Virus record (IMG/VR): IMGVR_UViG_3300025121_000011
Span: 271,170 to 335,169 of that record
DNA: 64,000 bases
Strand: one strand, 5' to 3'
In this document: positions 59,117 to 64,000 of the stretch, in pieces
Numbering within the stretch: the stretch's first letter is position 1
Layout of the letters: each line of letters starts with the position of its first letter
Position numbers and translations under genes: made by a program
The notes under the pieces: generated by a model
Told to the model about the DNA's origin: nothing
Seen by the model: only the letters and a program-made list of their open reading frames with translations
The model's database searches: none

Positions 59117-59191
59117 GCTGCGGTCTTCTAATGGTAGGAAAACAGCCCTTCAAGCTGTAGAATACGAGTTCGAGTCTCGTTCGCAGTGCCA
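59117..59191 (+). tRNA. tRNA-Glu(TTC)
   Basis: ACAGC-ccTTCaa-GCTGT; ends GCCA. Confidence 0.88.
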
Positions 59192-59217
59192 TCACGATTA
59201 AATCAGAGGATATAACC

Positions 59218-60423
59218 ATGTCTATTAAAACACAACTTTATATGCGAAATGGTAGAGATTTTTCCGTTACATCTGATGATGCAACGGAAATACATACAAA
59301 ACTCCCCGTTGGAATTTATCGTTTAGCATCTTATCCTTTTGTAGGATGGGTATTTGAGCGAATTGATGATTTTAATTTGCCTTTAAAACTATATGGTGAT
59401 TTATCAAATCAGGCGGATAGAATTTTAAAAACTTATAAACATAGACTTAGTGGAGGACATTCAACTGGAGTTTTGTTGCATGGAGATAAGGGAGCTGGGA
59501 AAACGCTCTTAGCAAAGAAGGTGGCAAATGATAGTGATCTTCCTGCAATTGTTATTAATCAAGCTTTTTATGATGATTCGTTTAAAGAATTAATTGCTGG
59601 ACTCGGAGAGTGTGTTGTTATTTTTGATGAATTTGAAAAAGTTTATTCTGATGCAGACAAGCAGAATGCGTTATTAACTCTTTTTGATGGCGTGTTTAAT
59701 GTTCAGGCATTAATGTTTGTGATTGTAAATGAACGGACTGGATTAGTCGGACCGCTGTTAAACCGCCCCGGTCGTCTATATTATTCGTTGGAATATCGAG
59801 GACTAGATAAGAAGTTTATACAAGATTATTGTGAGGATCGACTTGATAATCAAGATGGAATTATCGGCGTGTTGTCTGTGGCTACCATGTTTTTAAGTTT
59901 TAATTTCGATATGTTACAAGCATTGGTAGAAGAGATGAATAGATATAAAGAGCTGGCATCAGATGCAGTAAAATATTTAAATATTCAGAATCCATATGAA
60001 ATAATTAACGCGCGATATAAAGTTCAAGCTTTTGATATGACAAATGAGCGAGAATATTCTTTAACAAAGCAAGAGGAGATATTTCGAGGTTCTCCTATTG
60101 GTGGTGGAGGAGCTTTTGTTAAATATATTTATACTGGTAAAAAATTAAGTGATGATGAGGAAGAGTGTAAAGAAATTTATGTTACTTATATTGAAAGTAA
60201 TTTGGTTGGTATAGATCCAGTTAAAGAGGTTTTTATTTATGAGTATATGGGTACTAGAGTCATTCTAACAAAAGATAATGGAATGGACGGATTTGTTCTT
60301 GGAAACACTATGCGTCTTAATTATGATCGTTGGAATTCGGAAAGACAGTTTGAGGAGTGTCTTGAGCCGATAAAGTTAACTCCTAATGGGAGTGTTGCTA
60401 GGGCGGCACAAGTTTATAAATAA
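59218..60423 (+). CDS. AAA+ ATPase
   Basis: Walker A GDKGAGKT; Walker B IFDEFEK; RPGR arginine finger. Confidence 0.88.
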   Translation: MSIKTQLYMRNGRDFSVTSDDATEIHTKLPVGIYRLASYPFVGWVFERIDDFNLPLKLYGDLSNQADRILKTYKHRLSGGHSTGVLLHGDKGAGKTLLAKKVANDSDLPAIVINQAFYDDSFKELIAGLGECVVIFDEFEKVYSDADKQNALLTLFDGVFNVQALMFVIVNERTGLVGPLLNRPGRLYYSLEYRGLDKKFIQDYCEDRLDNQDGIIGVLSVATMFLSFNFDMLQALVEEMNRYKELASDAVKYLNIQNPYEIINARYKVQAFDMTNEREYSLTKQEEIFRGSPIGGGGAFVKYIYTGKKLSDDEEECKEIYVTYIESNLVGIDPVKEVFIYEYMGTRVILTKDNGMDGFVLGNTMRLNYDRWNSERQFEECLEPIKLTPNGSVARAAQVYK

Positions 60424-60692
60424 GATTAATGGAAGAGATATTTATTTTTAGCATAATCAAGAGGACTTTAAATGTTACCAACGAAACTTCATTCGATTTT
60501 TGATTCAGTGATCAAGGGAGAAATTTTGGAGGTTAGAGTAAATGAATACGATGATTGTGATTCTTATCTGCTTGCCGCCAAAATTGATGGAGATCATGTA
60601 ATATTTAATGTTATAGATTATGAAGATGGTATAGTAGAAATTAGGGATTCAGAGTCTGAAATAATCTGGTCCGGAAGATTTGGAGAATTGTA

Positions 60693-61295
60693 ATGCGACT
60701 TGTTGGAATTACCGGTGGGATTGCCACTGGAAAATCATCTGTTTCTAAAATGTTACAGGAGTATTATGGAGTACCTGTAATTTATACAGATCAAGCGGCA
60801 AGGATTGTTGTTGAGCCTGGTTCCGATACTCTTAAGAAATTGGTAGAAGCATTTGGGTTAGATATTCTAACTGTGTCTGGAGAAATGGACAGATCAAAGG
60901 TGAGGCAATTAACGATTCATGATTCAGATAAGATGAAGATTTTAACCCAAATAATGTGGCCTGCAATTTCTAGACGAGTTAATCATATGATGAACAACTT
61001 TGAGCGTGCTGGTTATCATACGGTTTGCATAGAAAACGCAATGTTAATTGAATTTGGAAATCAAAAACTCTATGATAAGATTGTAGTTGTAACATGTGAT
61101 CCAGAAATTCAATTGGCTCGGGTTATGGAAAGGGATAACCAAAGCAAAGAAGATGCTATAGCAATGATTAACCAACAAATGCCCTTGGAAGAGAAGGAGA
61201 AGCATGCGGATTTTTTAGTTGTTAACAATGGTTCTGTTACTACATTAAGAAAACAAGTAGATGCATTATATAGAAAAATTATTCAAGAAGAGTGA
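60693..61295 (+). CDS. coaE: dephospho-CoA kinase
   Basis: VGITGGIATGKS, RVMERD, QMPLEEK...ADF.V.N.G. Confidence 0.9.
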   Translation: MRLVGITGGIATGKSSVSKMLQEYYGVPVIYTDQAARIVVEPGSDTLKKLVEAFGLDILTVSGEMDRSKVRQLTIHDSDKMKILTQIMWPAISRRVNHMMNNFERAGYHTVCIENAMLIEFGNQKLYDKIVVVTCDPEIQLARVMERDNQSKEDAIAMINQQMPLEEKEKHADFLVVNNGSVTTLRKQVDALYRKIIQEE

Positions 61296-61309
61296 AAAAT
61301 AGGTGAAGC

Positions 61310-61786
61310 ATGGATATCGGCTCCGGAAAAATAGGTTCATCTGGCGGTTTATCAAATTTCCGTCCAAGAGTTTTTATTTTTGACGGAATAGAATGTGCTT
61401 CCATGGAAGGTCTTCTTCAATCTTTTAAATTTGATAAACCTCATATTCAAGAGCATGTTTGCTCTTTGGTTGGATTGCGCGCAAAGCGTAAAGGACAAAA
61501 AAGAAATAAGGCATGGAAATCTAAACAAAATTTATGGTGGAAGGAAGAGGTTTATAAGCGAGATTCAAAAGAGTATCAGGATCTTTTGGATGCAGCTTTT
61601 TTTTCTTTAGCTATGCAGAATAAGGGTTTTCAGCGAGCATTATTACAATCTGGTGATGCAGTGTTGAGACATTCTATTGGTAAAAGTAAAACTCAAGATA
61701 CTGTATTGACTGAGGCAGAGTTTTGTTCAAGATTAACATGGTTGAGGACGCAATTAAACAATGGCGTGATCAAAATTATAGAATAA
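61310..61786 (+). CDS. NADAR/YbiA-like protein (T4 gp30.3-like)
   Basis: LSNF.P..F.FDG.ECASMEG.LQS.KF...L.H.IG..K...TVLT..EF. Confidence 0.7.
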   Translation: MDIGSGKIGSSGGLSNFRPRVFIFDGIECASMEGLLQSFKFDKPHIQEHVCSLVGLRAKRKGQKRNKAWKSKQNLWWKEEVYKRDSKEYQDLLDAAFFSLAMQNKGFQRALLQSGDAVLRHSIGKSKTQDTVLTEAEFCSRLTWLRTQLNNGVIKIIE

Positions 61787-62199
61787 TTTATTGTATGCCT
61801 TGCTTTATTAATAGCAGGGCTACTGCTTTTTCTGGTGAATCAGTTGATTCAGTTAGTTTTAAGTAATTAGAATTTCTAATGTAGAAGTTATCTTCGGAGC
61901 CATCAACAGTGTAATTGTTTAAGAACTTAGTGTAGTCACCATGAAGCATAAGCAGATTAGCGATTTCTTCTTGAATCTTTTGTAATTCTTGTAAGTTCGC
62001 AGTCCTGATTAACTCACTAATGGCTAATTCGATTTCACTATCTATCCGAGTGTCTCCGGCAATACTTCGAATCATTAGATCGACATAGTTAGCTCGCACA
62101 GAAAGGCCGATCCAATTTAGTTGCTTAGACAATGCTTTTAGTTCTTGTAGCATGAAAGCTCCTGTTAAGATTCCAAATATTACTATATGGGAGAAACAT

Positions 62200-62505
62200 A
62201 TGATTGAGGTACGGATTAGTTCACAAGATTTTATGGCAACTTTTGAATGTGATTGTGATTCAGAATTAGAATCATACATTTATTATATAGATAAGTTTCT
62301 TCAGAAAATGGAGGAAACATATGGCTGTATTAATTACAGTGATTCTGATACGTCGGAAGAATACGATGCTATCGAGCTTGCTTATATTGCTGATGAACTT
62401 GGATTAGAGCAGGTAGTGATGTTAACAGAGTTGGCTCAAAAGATTTATGATCATATGGAGAAGCGATATTATGTTTCAAATCTACATGTCATACGGCATT
62501 CTTAA
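62200..62505 (+). CDS. acidic hypothetical protein
   Basis: GGAG RBS before ATG 62200. Confidence 0.55.
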   Translation: MIEVRISSQDFMATFECDCDSELESYIYYIDKFLQKMEETYGCINYSDSDTSEEYDAIELAYIADELGLEQVVMLTELAQKIYDHMEKRYYVSNLHVIRHS

Positions 62506-63004
62506 ATATGATCCGCGACATAGTAAGACTCGGCAAGAAGATTGGTGGTTGGTGGCTGAGTGTAGTCGCGGGTTGGTTTTAACATATAAATGGTTACTCG
62601 AAAGAGAGGGTATAAAATCTGTTAAAGCAAGCAAATTCTTTCAAGGTGATTATAATTGGCAGGTTACTCAAAAGGGAATTAAAGTAGCAGAGTCAGCTTG
62701 GAATGCTCATATTTCTGTTGTTCGCGGAGAGACTCCACTTAATCAAAATGCTTGGAAGAAATATCAAGGAGAAAGAATAGAGTTTGAGTATTCACCTATT
62801 CTTCAGAGTAATGGTGCTCATTGGTGGCTTCCAGTAGTATCAAAAGACTTGGATGATATTCGTAGCGAACTTGGATTACCAAAAGTATCATCTAGTTATA
62901 TTTCGGAATATTTTAATGATCAAGGACTTGTTATGCGTTGTCCTGCGCAATTTCATTTGACAATTGGTAAAGATATAGATTCTCCTCCAAAAAGAAAGCA
63001 GTAA
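62471..63004 (+). CDS. putative 2H phosphoesterase
   Basis: two Hx[S/T]x motifs (AHISV, FHLTI) about 80 aa apart. Confidence 0.55.
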   Translation: MFQIYMSYGILKYDPRHSKTRQEDWWLVAECSRGLVLTYKWLLEREGIKSVKASKFFQGDYNWQVTQKGIKVAESAWNAHISVVRGETPLNQNAWKKYQGERIEFEYSPILQSNGAHWWLPVVSKDLDDIRSELGLPKVSSSYISEYFNDQGLVMRCPAQFHLTIGKDIDSPPKRKQ

Positions 63005-63056
63005 GATTTGTTATAAAAATAAATTTAATATGGTAATCAATCTATAGGAATTTAAA

Positions 63057-63545
63057 ATGTTTATAATACGCCCGCCAAATAAAATCTCAAATGATGTAGA
63101 ATGCTTGGTAATATTTTTAGCTGGAAGCATTGAGATGGGTGCGGCACAAGATTGGCAAAAGATTATAGAAACCGAATTAGACGGAATAGATTGTGTTTTA
63201 TTAAATCCAAGACGTTCTAATTGGAATAGTGAATGGGTGCAATCTATAGATAATTCTCAATTTACAGACCAAGTAACTTGGGAGATGGATGGAATTGAAT
63301 CAGCTGGACTTGTGATTTTTTATTTTGATCCAAAAACTAAGTCACCTGTTTCACTTGCTGAATTAGGTTTGGTGGCGGGTTTGGGAAAGAAAGCTATAGT
63401 ATGCTGCCCAAATGATTTTTGGCGGAAAGGAAATGTGGATATTATTTCTCTTAGGTATGGATTTCAAATGATAGAATCTATTGATGATTTTATTATTGCA
63501 ATTAAGCGTTATATTAAAGTTGTTGGATTAAAGGGGATTAAATGA
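63057..63545 (+). CDS. nucleoside 2-deoxyribosyltransferase-like protein
   Basis: IFLAGSI, DWQ, NPRR, QVTWE, SPVSLAELG, WRKGNV. Confidence 0.8.
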   Translation: MFIIRPPNKISNDVECLVIFLAGSIEMGAAQDWQKIIETELDGIDCVLLNPRRSNWNSEWVQSIDNSQFTDQVTWEMDGIESAGLVIFYFDPKTKSPVSLAELGLVAGLGKKAIVCCPNDFWRKGNVDIISLRYGFQMIESIDDFIIAIKRYIKVVGLKGIK

Positions 63546-63840
63546 TATATAGAAAGATTGAATCCAATACGGGCGCAAAATGTGTTTATGATTTCGAGTG
63601 TATACGTTATCCCAAGGGAAGGATAAATGGACGGAGAACTTATACTATTAATAAAGGAGAGTTTGCGTTATACTCCAATGACCATTGGGTCTGTTCGGAT
63701 TGTATTGTAAAATACATTAATCAACAGTTTGTGAATTTAATTGAAGTTTCCAAACAAATTATTGCAGAAGGTAATGCTGAAATGACAGAAGCAATTATAT
63801 TTAACTTGGGAGAGGTGGAAGAAATTCTTAAAGAAAAGAA

Positions 63841-64000
63841 ATGATTTCATCAAAGAATTTGGTTTTCTTCATCAATCCTCCTAAATATTTATCTGTATTG
63901 ATTACTTATACAGTTGCCGCAGATGTTCTGCCTATATTTGAAAAGCATTTTCCGAAGGATTTAAGACCAAGAAAAGCTGTTGAAGCGTCTAAGATGTATT
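63841..64000 (+). CDS. Imm5-like family paralogue (5' part, truncated by the window end)
   Basis: nearly identical to the 5' end of 24932-25489. Confidence 0.8.
   Translation, partial: MISSKNLVFFINPPKYLSVLITYTVAADVLPIFEKHFPKDLRPRKAVEASKMY

Noticed and set aside
61788-62279. 163-aa minus-strand ORF
   Set aside because: Not listed as a feature: its start is uncertain and it overlaps a + strand gene. A shorter version starting at MLQEL may be real, but I cannot support a product.
1-64000. cas genes, or stop-codon reassignment
   Set aside because: No Cas motifs were recognised in any ORF, and known enzymes are full-length under the standard code.

Overview
This is a 64-kb segment of a large, AT-rich dsDNA bacteriophage genome (jumbo-phage-like). 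Almost all genes are on the + strand, in the standard genetic code, and no structural or cas genes are recognisable in the window. Region 1-14.5 kb is an early-type region of small hypothetical genes driven by a repeated promoter-like motif (GGCGGCAAAA...CTCTAAAAAAATAT...TAGTAA), often with sigma54-like sites. It also holds two tRNAs, a 23S-rRNA-H43/H44-like structured RNA and four CRISPR-repeat-derived loci (a mini-array at 13058-13342, a chimeric array at 7984-8172, solitary units at 9515-9583 and 4548-4622). All eight of their spacer-like segments resemble this genome's own tandem Ala-rich Imm5-like genes (24.4-26 kb, 63.8 kb); seven align to specific sites. Region 21-43 kb encodes SPFH, radical SAM, RNA-repair enzymes (Rnl2-type ligase, Hen1, stand-alone Pnkp ligase domain, phosphoesterases), DNA ligase, SprT and a deaminase. 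Region 43-50.6 kb is an RNA-rich island with CAT tRNAs, HNH genes, at least seven tRNA-like RNAs with aberrant anticodon arms, TilS, a tRNA-binding protein and a DUF2828/Ro60-like vWA protein. A stem-CAGCAA RNA motif recurs seven times: six in this island and one at 59.05 kb. Region 50.6-54 kb is an rdgB-hisG-purC-like-hisA/I/E cluster lacking the later histidine genes. Region 56-64 kb has four more tRNAs, an AAA ATPase, CoaE, NADAR, a 2H phosphoesterase and a nucleoside deoxyribosyltransferase-like gene. All calls come from reading motifs by eye; no database searches were run.
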